64,000 bases of DNA from Octopus sinensis (lineage: Eukaryota). The DNA is taken from assembly GCF_006345805.1 (NCBI RefSeq), contig NC_042999.1, positions 102,920,001-102,984,000 on the forward strand. The letters are read 5' to 3'. Positions 12,441-26,039 of this stretch are shown here, piece after piece. The notes under the pieces were generated by a model, which was given only the letters and a program-made list of their open reading frames with translations, did no database searches and had not been told where the DNA came from. The translations under genes and the position numbers were made by a program. Positions within the stretch are counted from its first letter, which is position 1; each line of letters begins with the position of its first letter.

Positions 12441-12451
12441 GGTATGCAATT
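12373..12451 (+). ncRNA. Type I hammerhead ribozyme
   Basis: GATTGTA-CTGATGA-GGCC(loop)GGTC-GAAAC-CGA-GGTA-TGCAATT. 7-bp stem I including two G-U pairs, 4-bp stem II, minimal stem III, GUA triplet (cut after 12444). Confidence 0.8.
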
Positions 12452-12710
12452 AATTCTGTTTTTTATATAAATTTTCATCTGTCCTGCCCGCTAAATTTGG
12501 TTCTGGTGTTCGCTGAATTTTTCCTCTAGAGGACTTTCTTTGTAGTTTGATCGTTGATGATCTATTTCTAGCATACGGCCGACTACCTAGCAGTCTTGCC
12601 CTGCCATTATACACATTTATTAGAATTTTCTCTGATTTCTCAGATTTTTTGTATGCTAGACTACTGGTTTGAAATTGATATTAAAATTAATATTAATTTA
12701 TCTCCCTCAT

Positions 12711-12824
<114 letters not shown>

Positions 12825-14844
12825 TGGATGGATAGATAGATAGATAAATCTTACTTGGAAATGGATGCATTGCTTTCAATCACATAATAATATAAATAAT
12901 ACATAAATATATATGCATACATACATACATATATATGTATATACACATGCATATATGGGTACAGGACACCAAATAACGTAAACAACATGAAATACGATAA
13001 CATAAAATACGAAATACAATAACATGGAATGCGAACTTTCGTTTTTGCGAACAACAAAAGAAACAAATAGAAAAGAAGACATGCAACATAAAAAACTACC
13101 CTTCATCAGTTGGCTGTTTTTATACTTCGTATTTTGAGCAATAGAGAGGGAGAAAGAGAGAGAGAGAGAGATAATATTTATGTAGGTACAGTAAAATTCT
13201 CGCTGTTTCCTATTGAAGACTTAATTCATTAAATAAATAATCTAGTTTCTTTTAAAAATATTATTGCCTAGGAAGCAAAATTGACTTCATTTTTGAAATT
13301 TACGTTGCCAAAAGCAAAACAGAAGGATTAAAATAGACAGTGAAAGTGAACGGGAGTAATGTATTTAGATAGAAAGTGAAAGCGAGCGATTGTGGGTTAA
13401 GTAGAAGAGTTAGCTAGCTAGATACGCAGGTAGTTATTCAAATTGATAAATATATAGTTAGATAAAGAGCGGAAGAAATATAGAGGAAGCGAGAGAATGG
13501 AACGATAAAGATCTTGCAGAAAAGCAGAGCAGTTTCTCTTGAGGGTAAGTTTCAAAGAAACAATTTTCTTAAAAGTAAAATGAAATCATCAAACAACTTT
13601 AGGCTTGGATTTTAATGTAATTCTCTTTGGAATAGTAGAATACTTTGATGCTAATATTCGAACGTGTTTTACATGCATATCCGTGAGAGTAGTATGCCAT
13701 TGTTGGTTTCATTTGAACATTTTAGCAGAACGAAAGTATTTCTTGACTGAATTAAACAAATTCTGTTCTCATAAATGCAATTATGACATGCTAAGAATTT
13801 GAGAGCTTTACCCGAGGCCATAGGAATCAGAAAATCACAACAGTGCAGATGAGCAAATCTTTTAAATTGTGAACGGATTATAGAAACAATTTGCGTGTGT
13901 TTTTTTTTTCCGATCAACCGCAATAAAGCAGACTTATGACTAAAGGCATTCCAGCTATAACCATTCTGTCTTTTAGGAATATGCAGCTATACATTATCTA
14001 TGTCTAATGCTCTTTTCCTTTTCCCAAAGTAGTAAGATGTGATTTGGAAGAAATTTGGCAGCTCTTTCTAGCAGATCATGCTCTCATGTTAGGGTTTCCT
14101 CGTTGTCTTATCACAAGAATTCGTATTAGAGATTTGTTATTGTTGTTGTTGCGACAGTTTTTATTGTTTAGATCCAAGTCCAATCGAGAAGTTCTACGAT
14201 TGAAGATACTTCACCCGTCTGTACTCATTACATACTTTTTATATATCAGCCACTACATTGTATAATGTATCTTTCCTTGTTAGAAATAGTAGGGTGTGAT
14301 TTGAGGGAGATAGAGTTGTTACTTCTAGCAAACCAAGTAAAGGTTTTATTATTTGGTTATTCATTGAAAAAATTTATAAATTTTAGTAGAAGAAAAAGTT
14401 ACAGGATTAAACTATTCTAATCAGAGTAAAGGTGAGAACGGTGAAAAAGAAAGAAAAGAATTTCTGGAAAAGTTGTGCGGTTGGTATAAACATATAGTTT
14501 GTTGGTAGTAACTGAGAAGTGACAGTCACTAAAGACGACAGGAAAGCCGATAGGTATGCGAGGTGATCTAGAACTTGATAGATGACATTTAGCCACATTT
14601 ACGAATTATGCAACATTGTTATGAATAATACTGATCTAAAACTCAGTACAGTTTGTTCAGCCTTTAGATATACAACTAAAGCGTTTTGAAACAACGACAG
14701 TCTGGCGCGAGTCTGTTTGATTTATAGTAATATAAACAGATATAAATAATTAAGGAGGGAGACTTTGTCAAAGTTTATTCAATAACACGATATTTGACTA
14801 TCTACCATCTTTCGAAAAAAGAGAAAACAATCAAATACAACATT

Positions 14845-14965
14845 AATCAGCCGAATTTGATTTCTACCTTTCATCCTTTCGGGGTCGATAAAATAAGTAC
14901 CAATTGAGCACTCAACTTCCCCCTCTCCCAAAATTAATGACCTTGAGCCAAAATTTGAAACCAGC
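14845..14965 (+). mobile_element. SINE family B, 3' fragment
   Basis: CCTTTCATCCTTTCGGGGTCGATAAAATAAGTACC...CCAAAATTTGAAACC matches copies at 17412, 17945, 18315, 32900, 44305 and 48410. Confidence 0.75.
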
Positions 14966-15289
14966 TATATGCAATACTTGATATTTTTTCCAAAACATTC
15001 TTTCCATTTAGAATTATAATTTAATTAAAATGCTTAGATGAGTTCGTCTGAGATTGTTAAATGGAACATTTTGTTAAAAAAATTCGAGAATTGTAATTGA
15101 AGACCAACGCGCTTAAGGTGTTAAAATTATATTTTCTAATATAAAAAAAAAATAATGAGTTAGCAATAATAATGTTTGCAATCAATTTGCTATGAACATC
15201 GATTTTGTTACCACAAAATGACAGATAATGACAACCACAGCATTCTCTAGTCATTCATTCTATAGTCAAACATCAGGAATCACACAATG

Positions 15290-15950
15290 AAAGGACGAAT
15301 TGACGCATTTCTAAAGGAACAAAGAAACAGGTATACATATTACACAACTCTGTAACAGAAGATTATTGTAATGTGCTCAACATGGCATTAAAACAGCAAG
15401 ACTAAAGAAAACAATTGTCAGCTTCAATAATCTTAAAGAACATAAGCAAAGCTAGATTCATAATCACCCTAAGATTTCTGAAGCCATAAAGAATCTTATC
15501 CATGAGCACATCAGAAATTTTCCTACTCGTCAATAGAGCATAGTCAAAAGTAGCATAAATGATACATAGAAATATTTCACGTTTGCAAAAATGAACAGTT
15601 TTGGCTGATAACTACAATCAAGACGCCAAAGAATGTAAAATATATCAGAATATCTTTAATTATGAATATAAGATTTGGCTTCCCTAAAAATGACATATAT
15701 GACTCCTGGGAGAACAAAATGCAAATTGATATCAAATCTGTAAGATAGCTCATGAACAAGTTGGAATGCAACAAAGTTAAATACGAAGTTTGCATAAGTA
15801 AGGCTGTATATTCAACGTGCAGCTAAGTGATGGGAACAACTGAGTTGACTAAAGATATGGTAACTGATTTCGACTCAGCGGGATTGCATTTGACTCTGAG
15901 AAAACATAACTCTGTCACTAACTAGAGTTGTCCAGCAATGTAATAAAAAC
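15290..15950 (+). pseudogene. Decayed Sola-like DNA transposase fragment
   Basis: Hand translation gives HGIKTARL...HNHPKISEAIKNLIHEHIRNFPTR, IFNYEY-(K)IGFPKNDIYDSWE and IAFDSEK. These resemble Sola motifs as recalled (HIxSFP, FNxxFxxPKxDxCxxC, FDLQ). Many stops and frameshifts. Confidence 0.5.
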
Positions 15951-17411
15951 TTTAGACTCATACTATTTGCATCAATTGCAATATAAACAAAAGTGCTATC
16001 ACGTATCTTTCAAACGATCATTTTGTTAGAAAAGGCCCCGTTTATGTAATATCATGCTTAGATGTATATCTCTTATAGTATCTTCACAACATCAGTAAAA
16101 CCGGTGTTACACGAGTTGGATGAAAATAATATATAACGTTCTTTTCAAGTTATCGTCAATGCAAGTCTTGGCCAGATTATAATCAACGATCCTATACTAG
16201 GCCATAGTATACTAGGCCGGCATATTTGTAAAGGGATAAATTACGTGGTGGGTGAAATAGCACAAATGGAATGAAGGAAATGAGAGACAACTTGCGAGGT
16301 TACAACAGGAAGATAAAAATTCAAAAGGTAGAGGAGAAAATGTTGAAAAAATTATGAATATAAAAGTTTGTGTACAGTGAATTGTACGTCGAAAACAGGA
16401 AACGGAAGTAAACTGATGTTTCGGGCGAAGTCAATATCAGAATAGAGCAAGAAAGAAATATGCAAGATAAAAGAAAGAAGAAAGAAACGATACCTGTTTA
16501 AAGCCCAACTTTAGAACGTCTGTTAAAGGCATCGCCTAGCATAGCAATTCTAGAATTCCTATTCAGAAAAGGCGACTCTCCACTATGTATGTTGTATAAC
16601 TGCCAATAAAATCTACTAAACTGAGTGATGCAAAAAAAATCTTTTTAAATATATCATCACCTCACCTAAGAATGAGCGACATTTTACCAATGTATTACGG
16701 CTAGCAAGGCCGATGTGGAGACAGAAGAAAACTCATTTGAATGCTGTTCGTTTATAGTAATATTCAAAGTTTTCAATGATGTATTATAGTAGTATTGCAA
16801 TTGTTTTGCATAATATCACCGTATTTCTTCCGGTATAGTCTTAAAGTGCCAAAGTGCAGTAAATTTTATCAGTCGTTAAAATTGCATATTGACAACAGTG
16901 TACAGAAGTTTAAAAATACTTTTCCATCAACGTAAAAACGGCTGGAACAATTAGTTGTATGTGCATTTGATTCTTGTAAGTAAATTGAACTACTTATCTT
17001 GAGGTCAAAGACAAAATGGATTTGCAATCTGATTTAAATAATCGTTTAAGCGTACAGTTTTGGTTGTCTTTGTCACTTTTAGAACTGTGGCTTTCAGTTT
17101 AGTTAGATTAGTTATAACTGTTTGGAATTGTAAATAAATTAACAACTGTGAGTACTAGATGAAATACTGTTTATTAAAAACTTTTCCAAGCTAGACGAGT
17201 TGAGACAATTTGCATTATACAGCAATTGCATTACTCTCTGCATATCATAGCTTTAAAAAGTGTTTTACTGCAGGAGAACTAACTACAGTCAAAGGAAACT
17301 CATTGAAGAAGCAACATACACTTTTTCGAGGTATGTCACGCCCGTAGTTTCAAAGTCTGTATCTTCAATAAAGCGATACGGCTAACACATGTAATCATCA
17401 TAATAATATTG

Positions 17412-17625
17412 ATTTCAAATTTTGGCACAAGGCCAGCAAGTTCGGGAGACTAGTTAAGTTGATATAATCAACCCCAGTGCTCAACTGGTACTCATTTTAG
17501 CCACTCCGAAACGATTAACGGCAAAGTCGACCACGGTGGAATTTGAATTCTGAACGTAAAAATGGACGAAATGCTGCTGAGTATTTTGCCCCGCATGCTA
17601 ACGATTCTGCCAGCTTGCTGCCTTA
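17412..17625 (-). mobile_element. SINE family B copy
   Basis: GGCAAAGTCGAC...GGAATTTGAA...CTAACGATTCTGCCAGC. Confidence 0.8.
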
Positions 17626-17731
17626 ATAAAAGCAACAACAAGAGCAACAATAATAATAATAATAATGGTTATTTGTTATTGCCTGCTTTCAAGTAAAGAA
17701 TAACCGGTAATTAAGAACTATCCGAGTCTTT

Positions 17732-17764
<33 letters not shown>

Positions 17765-17895
17765 CATAATACCCAGCACATACCCAAGGCACACAGAGGT
17801 GTGCTCGGTAGTGAAGTGAAAGCACGCTATAAAAATAAAACTACTGAATAAAACTAATAATAATGATAATAATAATAATAATAATAATGATGATG

Positions 17896-17940
<45 letters not shown>

Positions 17941-17944
17941 GTAA

Positions 17945-18137
17945 TCCTTTCTAGTATAGGCATAAGGCCTGAAATTTGTTGGGAGGGGACTAGTCGATTA
18001 TATCTTAATTTATCGACCTCGAAAAGATGAAAGGCAAAGTCGACCTTGGTGGAATTTGAACTCAGAACGTAGCCGCAGATAAAATACCACTAAGCATTTC
18101 GCTCCGCGTGCTATCGATTCTACCAGCGCGCCGCCTT
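17945..18137 (-). mobile_element. SINE family B copy (first of a tandem duplication)
   Basis: tRNA-like head on the minus strand, embedded in (AAT)n. Confidence 0.85.
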
Positions 18138-18138
18138 T

Positions 18139-18198
<60 letters not shown>

Positions 18199-18256
18199 TA
18201 ATAATAATAATAATGATGATGATGATGATAATAATAATAATATAATAATGATGATG

Positions 18257-18310
<54 letters not shown>

Positions 18311-18314
18311 GTAA

Positions 18315-18507
18315 TCCTTTCTAGTATAGGCATAAGGCCTGAAATTTGTTGGGAGGGGACTAGTCGATTATATCTTAATTTATCGACCTCGAAAAGATGA
18401 AAGGCAAAGTCGACCTCGGTGGAATTTGAACTCAGAACGTAGCCGCAGATAAAATACCACTAAGCATTTCGCTCCGCGTGCTATCGATTCTACCAGCGCG
18501 CCGCCTT
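18315..18507 (-). mobile_element. SINE family B copy (second of the tandem duplication, period 370)
   Basis: Identical to 17945-18137 except one substitution (GACCTTGG vs GACCTCGG). Confidence 0.85.
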
Positions 18508-18508
18508 T

Positions 18509-18577
<69 letters not shown>

Positions 18578-18588
18578 TGATGATGATG

Positions 18589-18672
<84 letters not shown>

Positions 18673-18688
18673 AAAGCTGTGCAAAGGC

Positions 18689-18744
<56 letters not shown>

Positions 18745-20489
18745 TAATAATAATGATAAAAATTTGAAGAGTTAACTTGAACAATGGATAAGGGTTAGAC
18801 GAATGTTTAGGGTATCGTGAGTACGATTAGAAACATAGGAATGCTAGACTATTATTTATGTATTTCATTGAATATTTGAATTTGCATGAATGAATTTCGA
18901 TTTATGAACACTTCAAAGTAAATGCATACAATCTGTTTTGGCAGACAGGGAGAGGCATATCTGATTAACTCAATAGCATTTTGCAATGAGATAAACCCAA
19001 GAGACACTTTCTGGGATTTAGCTCGAACATACAATTTAATAATTTGTTTATCAATATTGTTAATCATAAAACATTCGATTCTAGCATATTATCCTTAAAT
19101 TATAAAAATATTCTTGATTTCTTATTTTGAATTACTAGGAGAAACAACAGCTGAAAAAAATCCATATTATATTGGAAGCTTCAACGTTGTCGCATTATTT
19201 TAATTTGATAATATTTACGAAATGAATTTTTAGTTACATCCATTCATATGAAAGTTGCAAATTAGGGTCATTCTGATCAAAAAGAATTCGTATTTTTTCA
19301 TCATACTTTGGGAAAAAATCGTCTCTAACTGATTGGTTCTGTGAATGCCAAAATGAGTACTCAAACATGAATGAAATTTCCAATTAAAATGCATTATTAT
19401 AGAGATGGGAGAAAAAATAAATTTATCAAAATTAAGCAGTGGTTAGCATCGCCAGTACAAAATCCAAAGAAAATGCCTTTTGGGTGTTTACGTAGTTATC
19501 GGTATTTGTTATTGTGAGTAAATCAGAATCGATTGAGCAGATCATTGTAGAAGTATTACAACCATGACCATCTCATTGTTCTTCATGCATAACGTGTCTA
19601 AGAATACATTACAAAATGTACCATTTTTTTCTCTAAAACAGTAGGGTATGGTTGATTTTAACGAATTTTGTCGCATTTAGTGACAGATCGAGAGGAACTC
19701 TGAAATAAAGATACATCAACAGTCACACATGCGCGCATGCGCGTACACTTACACACACATACACATATACATAGATATATTTGTAAATATTTCCACAGAT
19801 ACATATACATATTGTCTATTAATTCTGGTCACTTTACATTTCAAGCTTGGAAACGTCAAAGGCTACTAGTGGAAAGTGCTCTGACACGTGCAAATCATAC
19901 GACGGTTACGGAACACTAGGTTCAGGGATATGGTTTGCTTCATCCTGTTTACGAATTAATAAATTTCTAGTGGTGCATAACGATTTATATCCATAACATA
20001 TTTGGTGCTACTATTGGACACGGTATACCAAAGAATACTAGTAGTTGCAGTAGTACTACGCAATCGATGCAAAAATATATATTAAGAGATTTTTCTACTG
20101 TAGCGTGAAGAATTGCAGATATTATGAGAAACAAACAGACATTCAAACATTCAAAACAGAATAAACGAATCATATCCAATGACGCCCTGCAAATGACGTT
20201 TCAAGTAAATATAACAAACACTAAAAACAAACAAAAAAAAAACACATTAAGTTCGCATGATATAGTTTGTTTATATACAAAACTGGACGAAGCCGAGCAA
20301 AGGCACGCAAAATTATTACTAATGAATCATTCAAGTATATGAGAATTTCCCCTACTAAACAATTTTTATCCTAAAATTGCCTTCCGGCATGAAATTTTGG
20401 TTACTGAGAAGTCAAGCAGTCACCGCTTATGTATACACACACACACACACACATACATATGTATGTATGCATATATATATATATATATA

Positions 20490-21567
20490 TTGGGTCATCC
20501 CATAGCTAATGCGGTTTTTAAAAAATACTTTTATATTTTTCAAAATTATGATAAACAAAGTTCTTTTTTAATCTAAAATATACTTTCCTTCATTTTCTAC
20601 AATGCTATTTCGTCTATTTGGTAGATTTGCAAGGCCTCTCTTCCAAAATCGCATGTCCGTGACGAAAAATCCTACTCCAGTACTGTTCTGACTTCATCTA
20701 GAGAATTCATATTTTTTCTGTCCAGATGATTTTGAAAACTGCGGAATAAATGATAATCAAATGTGGAAATGTCCGGCGAATATGATGGGTTGGGTACCGT
20801 TCCCCATTCAAACTGCTCCAGCCTTTGGAATGTCATCCTTGTTGTATGTGGCCGAGCATTATCCTGATGGAAGAACACCTTTCGTCTTGAAACCAAAAAT
20901 TGTCATTTTCCTTTTAGCGCAGTAGATTTTTGTTATCGTTAGGTTTGGGTTTAAAAGTTCGAAGTGGACTAAACCTTTCATATCCCACCAAAAACATAAC
21001 AATACCTTACGTGGAAGAAGACCTTAGGGTGCCGGTGTTTCTTCTTTTCCTACTCACTGTCTTCGGCGCTTGACATTTTTATATATAGAACCCATTTCTC
21101 GTCACCAGTCACTATTCGGTCCAGAAAAGATTCATTCGTAAAACGTGACAGTAAAGAAGAGCACATATTCATTCCCTGAGTGCGATTAACCAAGGAAAGT
21201 TTGTGAGGAACCCATTCATCTAACTTGCTGGCTTTTCTGATGGCACACATGTGTCTATGAATGGTTGAATGATAAAATCCAAGTTTCTTTGCTAGTTCGT
21301 CGACAGTTACGATGGGATTTTGTTCCACAGGGTTTGCAGGATGTCTCCGTCGAGCGCTACAGATCTTTAATGATGAGGCTCGTCTTCTCGGCTCGGAGTT
21401 TCTAGAGTCACCGTTGACACTGGCTTACGCTTATTGTCCGATCCTCATATACTGCATTAATATTCCTCGAACTTTCCGTTGCGTTGTTGCCTCTATTGAA
21501 CTCATAAGGCAAAATATCCTCTTTTGTCACTTCCATTATAACTTTGAAAAAGTAACTGTTAAAATCG
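20490..21567 (-). mobile_element. Mariner (DD34D) transposon fossil
   Basis: Peptides EWVPHKL, IVTGDEKW, FFHQDNARPH and PSYSPDISTFDYHLF. Left TIR TA|TTGGGTCATCCCATA; right TIR absent. Confidence 0.92.
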
Positions 21568-22101
21568 TATATATAAGTATATTCCTAATTAAGCAAAGAT
21601 ATACATGCACCCTTACATTTAATAACATGTACTGGTAATTTGATTAGGAAATCTCGTGTTATAGTTTTCAATCGGTAGGAATCTATCGGGCGATTCCTCT
21701 GTTCTTCAATAGATTTTAAATGTGACAACAGATATATTGTCTTGCAGCAGACCTCGAAAATATTACTGATAACAACGAAACGAATAGCCGTGAAATTAAA
21801 TGCTTCACTTCAGAGATGTAAGGAGAAAACGATTCTAGGATATACAAACTAACTATCCGTGAGCTGGTAATCGAATGGCATTCTGTGAAGAATAAAATCA
21901 CATTAATGTAGATATCACTTTATGGAAGGCCATATTTTATTTGAAGTCTTATCATTTACTAAAGTTAAGGTTATGGTTGAAGGACTAATGTTGAGAATAT
22001 GTTATGAAGGTTGATTTAACGCAGTGAAATAATGATAAAGTTATCGATGACCACGACGAAAATAGTAGTGATGATGACGATCACGATGATGATAATGATG
22101 G

Positions 22102-22140
<39 letters not shown>

Positions 22141-22276
22141 CGATGATGATTGCGGTGATGATGATGATGATGATGATGATGAAGATGAAGATGACTATGG
22201 TAAAAATAACATCGTAGATATCAACAACAATAATAATCATAATAACAGATAAAAGAGGCATTAAACTTTAGTCCGG

Positions 22277-22372
22277 AATAGGTGTGTGGTTCGCAAAGTT
22301 CGTTTCGTAAACACACAGTTCCGGGTTCAATTTCAATGTTCCGTACCTTGGCTAAGTGTCTTTTACAAAATC
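22277..22372 (+). mobile_element. SINE family A, degenerate 5' fragment
   Basis: GTGTGTGG...CCGGGTTCAAT...CCTTGGCTAAGTGTCTT. Confidence 0.6.
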
Positions 22373-22408
22373 CTCGCACTTGCACTTGCTCCGTAAATAG
22401 AATTCACT

Positions 22409-22500
<92 letters not shown>

Positions 22501-23662
22501 TTATCTATCTATCTGTGTGTGTGTTATAAAAAAGGTAAAATGTACGTGTTCAAGTACATAAAAACGGCAAACATTTAATGAATAAAAAACTCAGTATAAG
22601 TTTAGAGTCGAATATTTATAATAATTGTATCGAAAGTAATTTTAAAGTTTTGCCGAATATGTTGCATATTTTTAATAGTTTAGAAAATGCACAAGGCACT
22701 CACTTCGTGAAACTTCGCAGTTATTACCAATAAAACTTCACACACACTCTTACAAACATGTGTGTGTGAGCGTATGTATGTATGTATGTATGTATGTATG
22801 TATGTATGTATGTATGCATGTATGTGTGTGTGAGTGTATGTATGTATGTATGTATGTATGTATGTATGTATGTATGTATGTGTGTGTGTGTGAGTGTATG
22901 TATGTATGTATGTATGTATGTGTGTCAAAGATATATAACGGTGAAAGCAGAACGGTCTGTACTTTCAAGTAACAACAATATTCTGTATTGTTTTTATCTC
23001 CTACTACGTCTGTCAGTCCCACCCCAATATTGCTGTCAGAAATACAATAAAGGTCTGACGTTGGAAAAACCGTTACCAACAATGTTACTGTTCCCACAGT
23101 GCCATATAAAATAAATTTTAAAAAATTTAAGTGAAGTGGTACACTGCTAATGTTTTTCCAGACATAGATGGCAATAAGAATAATAGAAATTATGAATAAG
23201 TATATAAAGAAAATATATAAAACAATAAAAATGAAATAAAAATGATGAAATAAACCTTGGATAAACAAGTTCATATTTAAATAGAGATAAAGATATGTAC
23301 TTTTATTTTCTGGCACTTTCCTCTACAGTAGACCATGAAAGGCATTAGATGTTGGGTTTCGTCTCGGACAAAATATTCTATCTATATACTTTGTATGTAA
23401 AACAAATGGAGCCGAATTCCGATTGACGTAAGCGGACTATCAGTCACGGAATTTTCGCTTAATTTTTGCTTCTCTTGTAGCAGATACCACCTCGATCATT
23501 CGGAGCTACGCTGCAACTTTTGCTCGCTTTTACTGAAAACAGCAACTGGAATGTGTTGAGGTTTAACAAATTGGAATTAATTTAGTTCAAGCGCAAGTAG
23601 TAGTGACGATCAAAATATATATTTGTTTTTGTATCTTGTTTCAATACGTTCTTGTACGCTAG

Positions 23663-23766
23663 TACGTAAAAATCATTCGCTGTGAAATCACGGAAAGGCC
23701 AATTCAAATCGAAACTTCACGTCCAACATCACTTAGAGTAATTTTTCCTCGAGACAAAGTCAGACA
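23663..23766 (+). other. Candidate spliced exon (coding or 5' UTR) of an unidentified gene
   Basis: Pyrimidine-rich acceptor ending GCTAG, perfect GTAAGT donor at 23767, one open frame (YVKIIRCEITERPIQIETSRPTSLRVIFPRDKVR). No protein recognised. Confidence 0.3.
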
Positions 23767-23915
23767 GTAAGTGTATTTTTTTAAAATTCCTGAGTACAAG
23801 AACATGTTAAAGATAAACGTACCCAACTTCATTTCGATTCTCGCTGCTTCGTATATCTACACAGGATATATTTGCATGTAGTCAGCTACATGTAACTGAT
23901 TATGCTTTTAATAAA

Positions 23916-23961
<46 letters not shown>

Positions 23962-24030
23962 GAGCAAAGTCGCTAGTTAGAAAATCTTTATAAGAGATGA
24001 AAGTAGTAACTATACTTGGTAGTAATGTTC

Positions 24031-24302
24031 ATTGCCACTTCGACATAGCTGTTCCGTATGAACCGACGTTACTACTGTTTTTAAACTCAGGAGGGCTTCT
24101 CATTCAGCTAGTTATTGATGCAATCTGCACCTGATACATATTGCAAATAGAGAACCTCCCACCATCTTCCAGCGACGACGGAACCATCAGACTGTCCAGT
24201 TTCGAGCTATTTGTGTTCATCCAGCTGGAGGAAGCGTCCTCCTGGCATAAGAAACGGTAGTAACGTCGGTTTCTACGTAACAGCCATGTTGAACTGGCGA
24301 TA
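24031..24302. mobile_element. Old foldback/MITE-like element with ~80-bp imperfect inverted arms
   Basis: AACCGACGTTACTAC (24061) vs GTAGTAACGTCGGTT (~24257). Imperfect complementarity extends over ~24031-24109 and 24223-24302. Confidence 0.7.
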
Positions 24303-24941
24303 AGCACACATACACGCACACGCATATATATATATCGTCCTTTTTGTTGCAGCCACCATTTCAGGCTCCCCACTACCTGCCATGTAAGGAATCACTCATT
24401 GTTTATAAAATATTTTTGCAGCACTAAAAATATACTGTATATCTTTATATTTCATTAGAACTTGCTTCTATTGTTTCTCACCATACTTTTTTTTCGAAAT
24501 AAACGAATGCAGATTTTTCTGTTCTTCCTTTTTTTTTCTTTTGCTACCGTCCACGACATTCTACGGGTCCCACATAAGATTAGAAGTCTGTTATTGCTTG
24601 TAGGAAATTAATGAATGTCTGGTTATTCTTATTGATAATTGGTTAACCGAGGAAATAGGGAAAGAAAAGAATGAACAAAGAATGATATCTCCAATAATGT
24701 AACAAAAACAACGATAAAAACAACTGTAATTTAACACAATACCGATGTGTCAAGATAGTATACAATGTGTTGAAATTTTTCCAACACGTAAATGTAAATA
24801 TAAATATGAATAACATCCCCATATGTACAATATTTATAGAAAAATATATAACATACACATGCCAACATACACAGATATATATACACATATACAGATATGT
24901 ATATATGTACGTATGAATATATGTATATGTATGTGTATATT

Positions 24942-24995
<54 letters not shown>

Positions 24996-25031
24996 TATAT
25001 ATATATATATATATTATATATAATATATATA

Positions 25032-25977
25032 TCTATATATATATATATATTATATATATATATATAAAACTGAGAATGTGTGTCCGTCTGCGGCTTTACC
25101 CGAGCATAGAAGATGCGCATTATTTGTAATTCAATGGTACAGCAGTGTAAGAGTTTGCATTGACATACACATAGATTGTGATTTCTGCAATGTGCTGCAT
25201 AAATTGTCAAGTAAATGAGAGGCATCTTTGCCTCCACTGATTCAGTTGCAAGGTGTTGAGTAATGTTATTTGATTGCAGACCTCCTTTCAGTCTTTTTAT
25301 TATCACTGGGTCACACATAGACCCCAGATGGTAACATTGATTTCAAGGCCTTCCCAGATGAGTGACTGGTTATTCAAAGACATAGATTGTAAATTTATTC
25401 TGTCCAGTTACGTATCAGTATAGTGGTCATTTGCAAACTCCAACTTTCATTTCTTAATAGCCGTGAGGAACCCTACATTGGGAGTGGTAACGACTAGAGT
25501 AGGGTAACTGACTGCTTATTGTGATCATTCGTCTTTTGGTTTCCTGTAGCTTTGCTCTCTTTTATAAAGCCGGTGAACATATATTTCCTATTTCAATGAA
25601 ATTCAAACAATAAATATAAGACCCAAGTAAAAAAGATTCTCAACAATTCAACTTCTCTGGTTGACATTAAGATGCCCACCCCCAACAGGGGCCTTAACTC
25701 TCACATTTTAGAGCTCTATGACCTTCATTTTTCAGGAGCAAAATCTTTTTAACAGGTTCAATAAGACAGGAATTTTGGAATATGCGCATAAAAATCAGTA
25801 GCATGGGATATATGTGGCACGATTACAATTTTTTGAGGGTGTGTAAAGAGGGAAATAACCCTCATCTGCAATTTTGATGAAATTCGAAACATAGATATTC
25901 CAGTTCATTAGAGAAAATATAACAGAAAAATCTAATTCTTCAATTGTATGTAACACGGGCAACGCCAGGTATCTCTG

Positions 25978-25981
<4 letters not shown>
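25032..25981 (+). mobile_element. Non-autonomous Helitron-like element
   Basis: 5' A|TCTATATATA...AAAACTG. 3' subterminal hairpin-like CACGGGCAACGCCAGG followed by CTGCTA (degenerate CTAG end). Confidence 0.6.

Positions 25982-26039
<58 letters not shown>

Noticed and set aside
22750-23316. 188-aa hydrophobic ORF resembling a membrane protein
   Set aside because: The N-terminal part comes from T-rich sequence, the C-terminus runs into microsatellite, splice sites are weak, and no family motif is present.
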